From Octopus vulgaris (lineage: Eukaryota), in assembly GCA_951406725.2 (NCBI GenBank), contig OX597817.1, positions 75,268,001-75,332,000 on the forward strand: 64,000 nucleotides of DNA. Direction: 5' to 3'. A program made the translations under genes and the position numbers. The notes beneath the pieces were generated by a model. It made no database searches. It was given only the letters and a program-made list of their open reading frames with translations, and was not told the origin of the DNA. Below are positions 28,579 to 45,031 of this stretch, piece after piece. How positions within the stretch are numbered: the stretch's first letter is position 1; the number at the start of each line of letters is the position of its first letter.

Positions 28579-30349
28579 GTGTAGCTGTGTAGTAAGAAGC
28601 TGGTTCTAGGTTCAGCCCCACTGCATGGCATCTTGGGCAAGTGTCTTCTGCTTTAGCCACAGGCCGACCAAGCCTTGTGAGTGGATTTCAAAGATAGAAA
28701 CTGAAAGAAGCCATTGTTTATATATATGTGTATATATATATATATCTGACTGGCCCTCGTGCCGGTGGCATGTAAAAGCACCCACTACACTATTGGAGTG
28801 GTTGGCGTTAGGAAGGGCATCCAGCTGTAGAAACTCTGCCAGATCAGATTGGAGCCTGGTGCAACCATCTGGTTCGCCAGTCCTGTCAAATCGTCCAACC
28901 CATGCTAGCATGGAAAGCGGATGTTAAACGGTGATGATGATATATATATAAATCTTTGTGCGTGTGTTTGTCCTCCCACCATCACTTGACAACCGATGTT
29001 GGTGTGCTTACATCCCTGTAACATAGCAATTTGGCAAAAAATACCGATAGAATAAATACCAGGCTTACAAAGAATAAGTCCTGGGGTTGATTTCTTTGAC
29101 AAAAAAAAGAAACTTTTAAACCAGTGCTCCAGCATTGCCACACTGAAATGACTGAAACCAGTAAAAGAATAAAGATTATGAATGGTTCCATGGTGTATTG
29201 GTTATCACATCTGCTCTACATGTAGAAGGCTGAGGGCTTGATCCTTGCCAGAACCTTTAACTTTTAGGCACAAACATGGCTATGTTGTAAGAAGCTTGCT
29301 TCAACAACCACAATTCCAGGTTCAGTCCCACTGCATAGCACCTTAGGTAAATGTCTTCATACTTATAGCCTTAAGCAGATCAAAGTCCCATGAGTGGATT
29401 TGATAGATAGAAACTGAAAGAAGGCCTTTGCATATGTATGTGCCTGTGTGTGTATGTATGTGTCTGTTCCCTACTACCTCTTGACAACTGGTGTTGGTTT
29501 GTTTACATCCTCATAACTTAGTGGTTTGGCAAAAGAGACCAATCAATTCATCATCATCATCAATTTCCATATATTGGATGGTTGTCACAGTTTTAGTCCT
29601 TATTCAGAGTTACTAATTTTCTGAAAAAAATGTCAAGGTGCATTACTTTGTGGTTAGGGTTTTGAACTTGTGATTGTAAGGTTGTGGTTTTGATTCCCAG
29701 ACTGGGCAGTGCGTTGTGTTCTTGAGCAAAACGCTTCATTTTGTGTTGTAGTAAAAGTGTGTAATCCTGTGACAGACCAGTGCTCTACATTGTCTCCAAT
29801 CTTTTGCTAACAACGTCACTGAGTGCACCAGATACATTTTATGATGGCACCAGCACTAGAGTGGTTACTGTGTCTTCTGGAAGACTGATGAGTCTTGCAT
29901 TTACATCTTATCAGAAGATCCTAGAAAGAAAACAAATGCTTATAAACCTGCCTTCCACTTAACTTTCTAGTCTACATTACGATTGGATAATTCAACTGCT
30001 CAGCTATTTGGTATTTACAGTTTGTCTTTCAGACATTGGTGTTATATAGTCTGGAGTTGAAAACTAGTTTTATAAATCTTTGTAGCTTATAGGTTTTTAT
30101 TGTTAGAGATAAGTAATTGGATAAAGATAGTTCTGTTAATGCTTAGTTTCCAGTTGTGGGTTACAGGTTAGTATGGAAAATGTGGTGATGAGGGAGTTAT
30201 AGAAAAATGTAGTTCTTAAGAACAGAAATTACTGGATACATTGTTTACAAAGGCATCTGGGAGATGACATACAAAAGAAAATTTTGTTTTTCAGAGTGAT
30301 TCCGTTTTTCTAAGCCATGCAGTGTCAGTGGTTCTTCCATCACTACTTT

Positions 30350-33021
30350 CATCAAAAGCCAGTGATACTCTCTTGAGTATAGAGTCAATCTCACCTAGAA
30401 TTATGGTGCTTGAGATAGATGGAAACCCGAAAACAACATTGGTGTGTGTATAGCCCACATAATTCGTCTGTGGCAGACGAGATTGAGAATTTTTATACAA
30501 CCCTTCGTTCAACCATTGAGCAAGTACCTCTCCATAATTTTCTAGTTATAGCTGGTGATCTGAATGCTAGACTAGGACCCGATGAGACCAAGTTTACTTT
30601 CAACTCTAAAACTAATCGGAACGGAGAAATGCTCAAAGACTTCTTGGAGAGAATTTAATCTCTACACCTCCAACAATTCTTTTATGAAACCAAAAGGTCA
30701 ACTTTGGACATTTGAGTCCCCACTTGGTGATAGGGCACAAATTGACTACCTCATCTTTCGAAAGAAATGGCACAATAGTGTTAAAAACTCGAGATCCTAC
30801 TCTTCCTTTAGTTCTGTCGGCTCTGACCACAGAATTGTATCAGCTACCGTTAAGCTTAGTCTTCGCTCATCCAAAAAAGCTAAGCCTCACCCGATGAAAA
30901 CGATCGACTGGGAGGAAGTCTTATCTAACCCCGATATGTCCAAACAATTTACTATTGGGGTCTATAACACATTTTAATCTTTGTCTACTTCTGAAATAGA
31001 TGCTGAGAACATTGAAGAAGTATACAGCAGCCTCATCAAATCAACAGAGGAAGTTGCACTGGCTACTCTTCCCAAAAGGAAGAGTAGGGGCAGAGCAAAC
31101 CTTTTAATTCCCCAAATGTCATCGAAGCCAGAAACCATCTAAAGTCTATATCACTAGCTTACCACCGTTCTCCATCCCAGTCACTGAAGATCCAACTCCT
31201 AGCTGCCAAGAAGAATCTTGATGAGGCTTACTTGAACGCCGAGGTCGACTTTATCAATGGCAAAATTAGTAAACTATCTAAAGAGCACATTAGTAAAAAA
31301 CACCATCTCGCCTGGAAATCCATCAAAGACCTATCAGGCAAAAATTCTGGGTCATCAATTAGAATTAAAGGGGGATCAGCTAAGAAGCGTTTAGAAAATT
31401 GGTCAATCCATTTTAAAAACCTCCTTGGGAAGAATGCCAAAATCCCTGATAACCCCACTCTTCCAAGTGTGCCTATATCAGACATGCTGGACATCAACAC
31501 CTTCCCCTTTACCATATTTGAACTAACAGCAGCCACCAAGCAACTAAAAGCCTCGAAAGCATTTGGTCCCGACAACATCTCGGCTATAATTTGGAAGGAT
31601 GATAGATTTCACACACTTTTGCTCAACCTCTGCAACCAGACACTTTCCACCTTTGTCGCTCCAAAGATTTGGCACCAATCTCAAATCATCCCAATACCCC
31701 AAAAAGGCGATTTATCCCTCGTCACCAACTACAGGGGTATATCTCTAATGTCAATTGCTGCAAAACTGTACGACAAACTGATCCTAAATCGTCTTGTCCT
31801 TTTTGTTGAACCTTTGCTCCGAAAGAACCAAAATGGATTCAGACATGGGCGCTCAACGCTGAGCCAAATACTATGCCTACGCAGACTTATTGAAGAATCA
31901 AAAGCATTTAATCGCGATCTTGCAATGGTATTTGTAGACTTTTCTAAAGCGTTCGATTCTGTAGATAGGTACAAGATGTTTGAAATCCTTAAGCTCTATG
32001 GGATACCAGACAAAATCATTTCTGCCATCAAGGTCCTCTACACAGATACGTCTTCAACCATCTTAACCCCTGACGGAGAAACATCATCTTTCTCAATCAA
32101 AGCCGGAATACTGCAGGGAGACACACTCGCCCCATTTCTTTTCATCATTGTTGTTGATTATGTGCTACGTATGTCAGTTGATACCATCTCTGGCAAGGGC
32201 TTTGAAATAAAACCAAGAAGAAGTTCCAGACACCCAGCTGAGTACTTGACAGACATTGACTTTGCTGACGACATCGCTCTTATCAGTGATTCTCTCTCCA
32301 ATGCCCAGTCTCTTTTACAATCTCTTGAACAAGCCTCAAATTGTGTAGGTCTTTACCTCAATGAGGCCAAAACTGAATACATAAACAAGTGCCTGTCCAA
32401 CAGTGATTGCATCATCCATACTCTTAACAATGTGCCCTTAAATATGGTTTCTGATTATAAATATCTTTGGTCATACATATCATCATCTGGAAAAGACTTT
32501 CTAACTAGAAAGGGTATGGCCTGGTCAGCCTGTAATGACATGCATAAGATCTGGTCATCAAATCTAAGTAGAGACTTCAAACTTGAAATCTTCAAAGCCA
32601 CAGTCGAACCAATTCTACTATATGGCTCAGAAACCTGGACGTTATCAAAGAAGCTTGAGAGGCGGTTGGATGGTACCTACACTCGCCTCCTTATGAGAGC
32701 TCAAAATCTCTCGTGGAAGCGCCATCCAACCAAAATGCAAATATATGGGAAACTACCACCTGTGTCATCTCTTGTGAAAGGTAGGAGAGTCCAGTTTGCT
32801 GGACATTGTTGTAGAGCTGAAAAAGAAGTAATTTCTACTCTTGTCCTCTGGAAGCCATCTACTCGCAATACCAGAGGGCGCACACTCTCCTACCCTGATG
32901 TAATCTCCAGGGATACAGGCATCCAGCAACAGGACCTCCGTAATGCCATGATGGACCATGAAGTCTGGCGTAGCATGGTAAATTCCATTGTCTCGACCAC
33001 GGTCGAACAATGATGATGATG
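30350..33021 (+). mobile_element. 5'-truncated RTE-clade LINE (APE endonuclease + reverse transcriptase) in a SIRT1 intron
   Basis: EN motifs GDLNARLG, QIDYLI and SDH. The 593-aa ORF 31232-33013 carries NYRGISL, FVDFSKAFDSV, GILQGDTLAP and DFADD. (TGA)n tail; TSD ATCACTACTTT at 30339-30349 and 33022-33032. The EN part has frameshifts and a stop. Confidence 0.93.
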
Positions 33022-34430
33022 ATCACTACTTTGACAAGTACAGTGAAGTTTGATCAAATCATAATGAGGCTGAGCATGTCCTTTCTTGTCACATTTTCTC
33101 TGTCTCAGCTATATAAACTGTATGCGAAACCACATTAACCTCACCCAGTTATATCAATTCCCCAGTCTAATAGCTCCTGGGAAGACAAGGGGCAATGTTT
33201 CTCTTTTGAGATTCAATATGGTTTACTAATGTAGAAATGAATGTCTTCTACTATAGTTCCAGTTCAAACAAAGCCTTGTGAGTGGGTTTGGTAAACAGAA
33301 ATTGAGAGAAGCCTATCATATAAATACACACACATAGGTGTGAGTATGTATGTGTGCATGAATGTACATGTGTGTATGCATGGGTATATGTGTATTTGTA
33401 TCTTCTTGTCTTGACATTGCACTGTAGTGGTAAGCAAGTATCCACATCACAGAAACTGTCTTTCAGTTACAGTCTTATGTAAAAAAAAACATGTCCAGCC
33501 ATGTGGAAATATTACCTTGTTTGGAAACAGACGATGGTTGGTGACAGGAAAGGCACTGATTATAGAAAATCTGCCTCAACAAATTCTCTCTGACCTGTGC
33601 AAGCATGGAAAAGTGGTTGTTAAGATGATTGTGATGATGAAACAAGACCACACATTTTCTTTGCCTTTTACTTTTCTGAGGTTCAGAGTAAAAGCCCACA
33701 AGATTTGAAGTTAGAACATAAATTGGCTTAACTAAATATTGTGAGGCATTTTATCTCTTATCTCTTGATTCTATTAATCCGCCACCCTTATTTTAAAATT
33801 TAATAATAAATCATTTAAATCTATCGGCAGTGTAAGAGTTGATCCTCTTAACTATGACTCTTCTTTTTGTTTACGAAAATCCTTCTTTTCTTTGCTTCCT
33901 ACTTAATCAAAAGAAATACTTATTTTGACATTCATTCATGTTTTTGAGAGCATACATATATATATACCTCTGTGTTTGTGTTTGTCCCACACCATTGCTT
34001 GTCAACTGGTGTTGGTGTGTTTACATTCCCATAACTTAATGGTTTGGCAAAAGAGCCTGGTAGAATAAGTACTGGGCTTATAAAAAGTAAATGCTGGGGT
34101 TGATACATTCAACTGAAAATTCTTCAAGGTGGTGCCCCAGCATGGCCACAGTCTAATGACTGAAACAGAAGATGTTATTGTGTTACATTTTTGCATTTGC
34201 CAGTAATAATACTTTTTTCTCTGAACTCTTGAATTAGTTTCTTTCTTATATTTGATAAGGGGAATCTTTCCTGAAATATTATTTGTTTTTATTTATTGGC
34301 ATCAGCTTACATATTTTGCTTAACTTCTCTTTCATTGTGTAAAGGTTTTTTTTTTAATATTTGTAACATATTTATTTTACTTTTGGAGTAACATTTCACT
34401 TAATTTCTATCGTTTTAAATTTCATTACAG

Positions 34431-34509
34431 AATGCAGATAACTTTGATAATGTTAGTGAAATCAGTGACCTGTCAGTTTTAGACGAGGATGCATGGAGGC
34501 CTGTCTCAG
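34431..34509 (+). CDS. SIRT1: SIRT1 exon 3 (79 nt; NADNFDNVSEISDLSVLDEDAWRPVS)
   Basis: Acceptor TTTCATTACAG and donor CAG|GTAAAG in phase 1, which joins the GG at the start of exon 4 to give G-PLNWVQ. Confidence 0.82.
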
Positions 34510-35885
34510 GTAAAGATCTATATAAAATCATTTATTTCTTTATGTCACTTGCTGTTTTGTTAGGATGTCTAAATAATAAAAGATACACTAAAGAGGTTTT
34601 CCTGTTGGCTTCTACATGTATGCATGGGGGACTGTGACCTGCAAAGTAGGACAGAGCAGAATGGATTGTGATGTTCTTACATTTCCAAAAAGCTAAGCAT
34701 TTTTTGCATTGCAAGACATTTTATTTCATGTTGCTCAAGTTCACTCAGCAGTAGAAATGAATTGTGACATCATGGTACCAAGCTGTATCAAGCTTTGCCT
34801 TTCCCTTGGATAACATTGGTGGCATGGAGAGGAGAGGCTGGTATGTATTGGCAACTGCTGGTCTTCCATAAACAATCTTGCCTGGACTTGGAAGGTAACT
34901 TTCTATGTATAATCCCATGGTGATTCATGATTGAAGGGGGTCTTTACCCTTACCATAGCTACTCACAGCATCTACTTAGTGCTGAGTAAATAGGTTGTGG
35001 ACATAAATCAGTGTCAGTGTCTGGGCATGAACTGTTGACTCTTCAGTTGATTGTCCTGAAGTTCACTTTGTAACAACATAGTTTCAGTTTCAATCTGACT
35101 GTACGGTACTTAGGGCAAGTGACTTCTACCATAGCCACCAGTCTTTAGATAGAAAAAAATTGACTGTTCTCAGTTTTTGGTACTTTTTAATGTATGTAAT
35201 AAATTTTATGTTGAACCATAATATGCATAAGTGGGTATAAAGATGATATAATATCTGATGTTTCCTTTACTTTGATCAGGCATGTTTATTTTTTAATTTC
35301 AATTTATTGTGTTTGGAATGTATTTGTGACAGCTTTCCAGAAACATGGCCTTATATATGAAGAACAGTGTTATGTCTGTATTCATCGAGTATGTTATCTG
35401 ACAATATCTTAGACATATGTGATACAGGAGAAGACAATGAAGGTATCTGAGACAGATGTTTTGTACTAGTGGTGTCTGTAAAAAAAAATGTAAACCCCAC
35501 TCAAAAAAACCTTCAATATAACTTAATAAAATCACATCAAAAAAAGCAGAGATGGCCTGTTTGTAGAATACTATATCAGTTAGGTGAAAGAGACTAATAG
35601 AACACATTCTGTATCTTCTGATAGGTCTGTGAGGTTAGTGCCAGAATGTGTCCCAGAAAGCAATAAAAAGAAGAGGGAAAGGGCCAAGAAAGAGCAGGTA
35701 AGATAGCAAGCTGTGCCTGAATAATCTGTGACAGCCAGTATTGGGTGTATTTTTTTGCTTCCTGTAAGTAGGGTCAAGAGAAATTGAATTGATACAACAA
35801 AAATCTGTCATAGACTTAGTATTTAGTGCCTGCCATTAAACATAAGCAAAACATTAAACATAAACAAAAACCAATTTTTTTATAG

Positions 35886-36130
35886 GGCCATTGAACTGGG
35901 TACAGCGGCAGATGAGTATGGGTCGTGATCCCAGGATGCTCTTCAAAGAAATCACTTCACAGGACACATTTATCCCACCTGATCTTGATGAAATGACGCT
36001 ATGGGGTTTATTGGTGAATTTTATATCAGAACCACCGAAAAGGCAGAAATTAAATTATGTCAACACTATTGATGACGTTGTACATCTTTTAAAGACTTCA
36101 CAGAAAATAATGGTTCTCACTGGTGCTGGG
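35886..36130 (+). CDS. SIRT1: SIRT1 exon 4 (activation-domain helices and start of catalytic domain)
   Basis: GPLNWVQRQM...DPR...SEPPKRQKL...KIMVLTGAG; acceptor TTTTTTTATAG, donor GGG|GTAAGT. Confidence 0.95.
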
Positions 36131-37118
36131 GTAAGTGTTATATAGTATTTCATGTTTTCTGGGTTACCATTAAAAAATATATGAATATATATAAAACCAT
36201 TGTTAAAAATGATCTAATAGATTATCAAGGCAATAAGTTTTGCTATTGGTGCTGGTGTTTTAGTGTATATCTGAGCTGAATGCCTTATTCTATATTAGAG
36301 TGTTACCTGTCATATGATGGGGTAACTTTGGAAATATGGCATACATACAATAATTATCACTTAAATTTGATAAAATTTCTGTTTTGTTTTATAAGATGTA
36401 TTTATTAGGCAAGTGTTGGTGTTTTCAAATGAGCAGTTGATCTCAGTTCTTTTGTGTTGTGTGTATGGGATATGTTATTCATATTAGCAGTGCACCTAAT
36501 TTCATTTAAGATTGTCTATGAAATAGCATTCTATGCTTCTGGTCAGTGGGGAAGTGTTTATTGATAAAAATTATAAATGTTTTGGCAATATTAGACTTAG
36601 CATTTAGTGAAATAAGAGCCGTGAATATTAAGATATTTTGATGCTTCTTAATGGGATGGAGAAGTTAGGAGTATAGGTAATTTCATCTTTGCATCTACTG
36701 GCTTGTAAGGCATTGTTTTAGTAAGGGGCTGCTTTATCAAAGATTTATTTTATGACAAATTGTAAATACCTTTATGATGTTATTAATTAGGCTTTTAAAA
36801 ACTATGGATGAGTGGCATGATACATTTTATGATATTTTCTTCAGTTTTCTAATCAGTTACATTTAGGGCAGAGTTTCTCAACCGGGGTTCCTTGGAACCC
36901 TGGGGTTCTGCAAAAAGATCCTAGAGGTTCTGTGAGAAAGAGTGAGATATGCTAATTTCATGATTGTAATATTACTATACCTGCACAACATATTATTGGT
37001 TATTGTTATATTGTAATATAACCTATCATGTTATCAAAAAAACAATTATATATGTATATATGATTATAAACACACATATATATATATATGATTATACATG
37101 TATATGATTATACACACT

Positions 37119-37161
<43 letters not shown>

Positions 37162-37267
37162 GATTATACACATATATATGATTATATAATATATGTATAT
37201 GATTATATATGTATATACTTATACATATATATATGATTATACATATATGGATATGATTATATATATG

Positions 37268-37301
<34 letters not shown>

Positions 37302-37384
37302 TATATAATATATGTATATGATTATATATGTATATACTTATACATATATATATGATTATACATATATGGATATGATTATATATA

Positions 37385-37421
<37 letters not shown>

Positions 37422-37632
37422 TATATAAATATATATATGATTATATAAATATATATATGATCATATATATAGATATGATTATATATATATATATATATGA
37501 TTATATAAATATATATATGATCATATATATAGATATGATTATATATATATATGATTATATATATATATATATATATATAGATATGATATATATATATATA
37601 TATATATAGATATGATTATATATATATATGAT

Positions 37633-37663
<31 letters not shown>

Positions 37664-37719
37664 GATTATATAAATATATATATGATCATATATATAGATA
37701 TGATTATATATATATATAT

Positions 37720-39044
37720 ATGAACTCAAAAGCTACATCCCATATAGTATGGCACGACGAATATGTAGCATAGTAACTGATTCACAAATACGATTAATAA
37801 GACTAGATGAACTCAAAAGCTTCCTCCTAGAGCAAAAATACCCCCTTAAACTAATAGAAAATGGAATCACAAGAGCATTAAAACTAGACATCACACAACT
37901 CAGGACACCCAAAACAAAAAACAAAGAAAACACTATCCCTTTTATAAACACACACAACCCTGGAGTTACCAACATCTTCCAAACCATACATTCAAACCTA
38001 CCAATAGCCTTACAGAGCCCCAAAATGAAAAACATATTAAACAAATATAGCATAAAAAACAGTAGACGACAGGACAAAAACCTAAAAAAACACCTAACAA
38101 GAGCGAAATTCTCTTCAGAAACTAAAACGGAATTCTTTGCAAAAGAGTGCGGAGATGGTAGATGTGGGACCTGCAGCAACCCCACCTACAAATACATAGA
38201 GAGCAACAGAGAGATAAGATTTAAAAATGGTGTCATATTCAAAGTAAATGCAGATATGAACTGCAAGACGCAGAACGTCATATACTGCATAACCTGCCCC
38301 ACATGCAAGGAGAATTACGTAGGAGAAACTGGTAATTCTTTGTGCCAGCGAGCCAGGATCCACCGACAACATATTCGGCAGGAAGAACTACGCAAAATAC
38401 CACTAAGCACACACCTAGCTACATGTGGAGAAGGAAAATTTAAGATATTTCCCTTCTACAAGTGTCCGAAGAATGACACCCCCTTCAGGAGGAATATGGA
38501 AAAACATTTCATAGCTAAGTTCTCCCCCAAATTAAATGGCTGAAACTTTACTCAACATACATTGAAGGAAAAATCTGTGTGTGTAGATGTGTGTATTGCC
38601 TGTTATATACATCATATTATATTATTATCTTTATAATTCACTTCCATCTTTACCCTTTAATTGTCACTTTAATTTTAACTTTCCTATGACATACAACTTT
38701 CAAGATGGTATAATTTGGTTGTTCATTTTGAACCGATAAAAAGGTTTTTTCAAATATTTTATGTATAAGTCTGTGTGTGTGTATATATATGTGTTGGTAT
38801 AAATATCAACACACAAAAATATTTTTCTTCTCCACTTCCTCCCTTATTTTTATTTTTATTTTTATATTTTTTTATTTTTTATTCTTTATATTTTTATTTA
38901 TTCTTTATATTTTTTTATTTTTTTATTTTTTGTTTTTATTTTATTTTTTTAATTTTTTAATTTTTTATTTTTATTATTATTATTTTTATTTTCCCTTTTC
39001 TCTTTTTGTCTCTCTCCCCTTCTCCAAACACACAGACACACACA

Positions 39045-39086
<42 letters not shown>

Positions 39087-39296
39087 AAAACACACACAGA
39101 CACACAGAGACACACACACACACACACACCTCCACAGAATGATCATAGAAAGTGTGATCCCAAATGACATTTGCCAGGCCAACCTATGCACAACACACAC
39201 TCAGTGACATTGAAATGGACAGCCAAAGTTCTTATAAAACCACAGGGGGTCCAGCAGACCAACGGAAATAACACTTCTTCACTCTCAGATATAAAT

Positions 39297-39366
<70 letters not shown>

Positions 39367-39550
39367 TTTCTCTCTGTCTCACTTCCTCCTCACCCACTAC
39401 TACGAAACTATAAAAAGGTTCAAACTACCCACAACTGATTTGATTTGAAAACCCACTAGAATGGGAGCAAGCGCTAATCCGAATGATATGATATATATGT
39501 AAAAAATGTAATATATAAATAAATATCTACAAATATGAACCATCTGATCT
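37720..39550 (+). mobile_element. 5'-truncated Penelope-like element (RT C-terminus + GIY-YIG endonuclease)
   Basis: ORF 37749-38543 reads (IPYS)MARRICSIV...CGDGRCGTC...NVIYCITCPTCKENYVGETG...HRQHI...PKLNG. It begins at a (TA)-rich array. The 3' boundary is approximate. Confidence 0.88.
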
Positions 39551-39562
39551 GATTACCTCAAT

Positions 39563-39600
<38 letters not shown>

Positions 39601-39979
39601 CATATCTATATATATATGTGGAGGTGCAATGGACCAGTGGTTAAGGCAGCAGACTCGCGGTTGTAGGTTTGTGGTTTCGATTCCCACACCAGGTGTTGTG
39701 TTTATTGAGTGAAAATACCTAAAGGTCCACAAGGCTCCAGCAGGAGGTGGTGGCGATCCCTGCTGTACTCTTGCCACAACTTTCTCTCACTCTTCTGTTG
39801 GCCTGCTCGCTTAGCCAGCGGGGTGGCGTCATTTGAAGGCTAAAACAATGTGAAGTGCATTGTGACCAGTGATGTGTAGCAACATCTGATAGCCTGGTCA
39901 TTCACGGTGATCACGGTGATATATATATATATATATAAACACACATTCATACATATATATATATATATATATATGATTA

Positions 39980-41141
39980 CTAGCTATTGTACCCAGTAAT
40001 TCCTGGGGGTAAAGATGTTCTATTGAAATGCCTTATTACTCTGATATAAGAAATTAGTTTCGCTATAACTGCCACAAAAGGTGTATTTTCCCTGACAAAA
40101 AAGTACAAAAAACTGTCAGCTGGAGTAGGGAGAGATTGTTGAAGGTTAGCGCGAGAGGTTTCTGGAGGTTAGTGCGAAAGAAAAATTGTCAGAGGTTATT
40201 GGAGGTTGGCACGACATTATTCTGTTTAGTGAAGGCATCTGGGAAATGTATAACTTCTGTCATTCACAGAAACATTATTGTTTTACCGTGAGAAAAGCAG
40301 TGTTGAAGTGTTAAGTGAAATTTGGCAATCAAGGATCGAATCCATGCTATGCCTGCATGAAGCCACTACAAATACACTGTGGAATAAAAAAATTAATCTA
40401 CTCTCATGGAAAAAGTGTAGCTGTAAAAATGCAGTTTTATCGGAGTAATGGGCATTAAAAAATGCATGTATAGAAATGTATGAATGAAGTCTTTAATGTT
40501 TAAGGTTCAAATTAAGGAAGTGCAATAATAATGTTTAGCAGTTGGAAACTGTGAGTAGTGAAATGCAGAATCAGGTCGACTGATCATGAGAACCAACTAT
40601 TGATTGCTTAGCTAAAATCTGCAGGTGGTATAGGTTATTTCTCTTGGGTTGTTTAAATAAAATATTAGTAATATGTAATAGACAGAAGGATCAATTGGAA
40701 GGGCATTATTATAGATTTTTTTCAACAATCTAAGTATGCTACGAGGTTTCCTGACATAAATTCTACTCATGCGTTAAATGAAGTATAAAAGTGATATTGT
40801 CTGCAAAAATTAGAAATAGGACACGCAAAAAATCAACATTGAAAGTAATCAAATATAAACAATGAAATGGGTTATTTCCCTTGAGTGTTTAAAAAAAATA
40901 TTGTACAGGTGCTACAGGTTATTTCCCTTGGGTGTTTAAAAAAAGTAGTTGTATGTGGTAGATATAAAGGTCCCTTCCAGGGACTGTATTATCAATATTT
41001 TCAACAATCTAAGTATCTCACAAGGTTTCCAAACATGAGTTCTACTGACATGTCAAGTTTCATCAAATTCAATAAAGTGATGTACAAGGTGTTAGCTAAC
41101 AACATCACAAACACATACCAATTTTCCGCATATGTAGTAGA
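39980..41141 (-). mobile_element. Non-autonomous Helitron
   Basis: On the minus strand it starts A|TCTACTACATA and ends with a hairpin (CCCAG/CTGGG at 39992-40007) followed by CTAG|T. Confidence 0.7.
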
Positions 41142-41598
41142 TATAGTATGTTTCAAAGAGAAAAGTGACTACACATAATATACATAAGGGAAAAATAAAA
41201 GGAGAAAATGTACATTATATATAAAAAGGTTTTTATGAACGGTAATGATAAATGTATAGAAATAGATGAACTAAGGTAGAATTAAGAAGTATAAAAGTAA
41301 TTATTTTGAATTGTTAGAGATTTAAATTGATACCGGTATCGTGAAAAGCTGTTATGATTTAAATATATATATTGGCTGTTTGCCAGCCTTGTCTGGCACG
41401 TAAAAAGCACCCACTACACTCACAGAGTGGTTGGCGTTAGGAAGGGCATCCAGCTGTAGAAACTGCCAGACCCCAGTTGAACCGTCCAACCCATGCTAGC
41501 ATGGAAAGCGGACGTTAAAAGATGATGATGATGATGATGATATGTGTGTGTATATATATGTGTATATATATATATATATATATACATATGTATATATG

Positions 41599-41756
<158 letters not shown>

Positions 41757-41860
41757 ATAATAAATATTAAGGAATAAATCCAAATTTACAGGGAAAAATC
41801 AGATTTAGGATTGAATCCAATTTTATAGTAAAATATTAAAACTTGCAAAGAAGGTTTTGA

Positions 41861-41914
41861 AACCACCTGAAGAATGTCTCATAGAAGTGCTGACACGAAA
41901 CGATCGTAGTGGTT
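41861..41914 (+). ncRNA. Minimal type I hammerhead ribozyme motif (Penelope pLTR-type)
   Basis: Stem I AACCAC/GTGGTT, core CTGAAGA, stem II TGTC/GACA (closing A-C mismatch), GAAA, palindromic mini stem III CGATCG, cleavage triplet GTA. Confidence 0.75.
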
Positions 41915-42036
41915 ATTTTAATTAATTTAATTTATATAAATTATTTTATGTATTGGCTTAAGTCTTTTTTTGTTTGATTTGCATAATAGTGGTTTTGTCT
42001 CTAATTTAATATAATATATATGTATATATATATATA

Positions 42037-42097
<61 letters not shown>

Positions 42098-42158
42098 GTA
42101 TATATGTATATATATATATATATGTATATATATGTATATGTATATATGTATATATATA

Positions 42159-42212
<54 letters not shown>

Positions 42213-42215
42213 GTA

Positions 42216-42524
<309 letters not shown>

Positions 42525-42547
42525 ATATATATATATATGTATATATG

Positions 42548-42586
<39 letters not shown>

Positions 42587-42637
42587 GTATATATCATCAT
42601 CATCATTTAGCGTCCGTTTTCCATGCTAGCATGGGTT

Positions 42638-42915
<278 letters not shown>

Positions 42916-42916
42916 G

Positions 42917-43104
<188 letters not shown>

Positions 43105-43109
43105 ATATG

Positions 43110-43293
<184 letters not shown>

Positions 43294-43299
43294 CATATG

Positions 43300-43339
<40 letters not shown>

Positions 43340-43411
43340 TGTAGGTCCCGGGTTGATTCGGAGTTAACCACAGTAAATAAGGTACTCAATACATAGCAGA
43401 GTAAAATTAAT

Positions 43412-43621
<210 letters not shown>

Positions 43622-43638
43622 TATATATATATATATAC

Positions 43639-43893
<255 letters not shown>

Positions 43894-43903
43894 TATACAT
43901 ATG

Positions 43904-44105
<202 letters not shown>

Positions 44106-44247
44106 GTATATATATACATATATATACATATGTATATATATGTATATATATACATATGTATATATATGTATACATATGTATATATATATATGTATACATA
44201 TATATATATACATATGTATATATATATATGTATACATATATATATAC

Positions 44248-44306
<59 letters not shown>

Positions 44307-44307
44307 C

Positions 44308-44351
<44 letters not shown>

Positions 44352-44357
44352 CATATG

Positions 44358-44424
<67 letters not shown>

Positions 44425-44458
44425 GTATATATATATATACATATGTATATATATATAC

Positions 44459-44494
<36 letters not shown>

Positions 44495-44557
44495 GTATAT
44501 ATATATACATATGTATATATATATACATATGTATATATATATATGTATATACATATG

Positions 44558-44713
<156 letters not shown>

Positions 44714-44745
44714 ATATATATATACATATGTATATATATATATAC

Positions 44746-45031
<286 letters not shown>

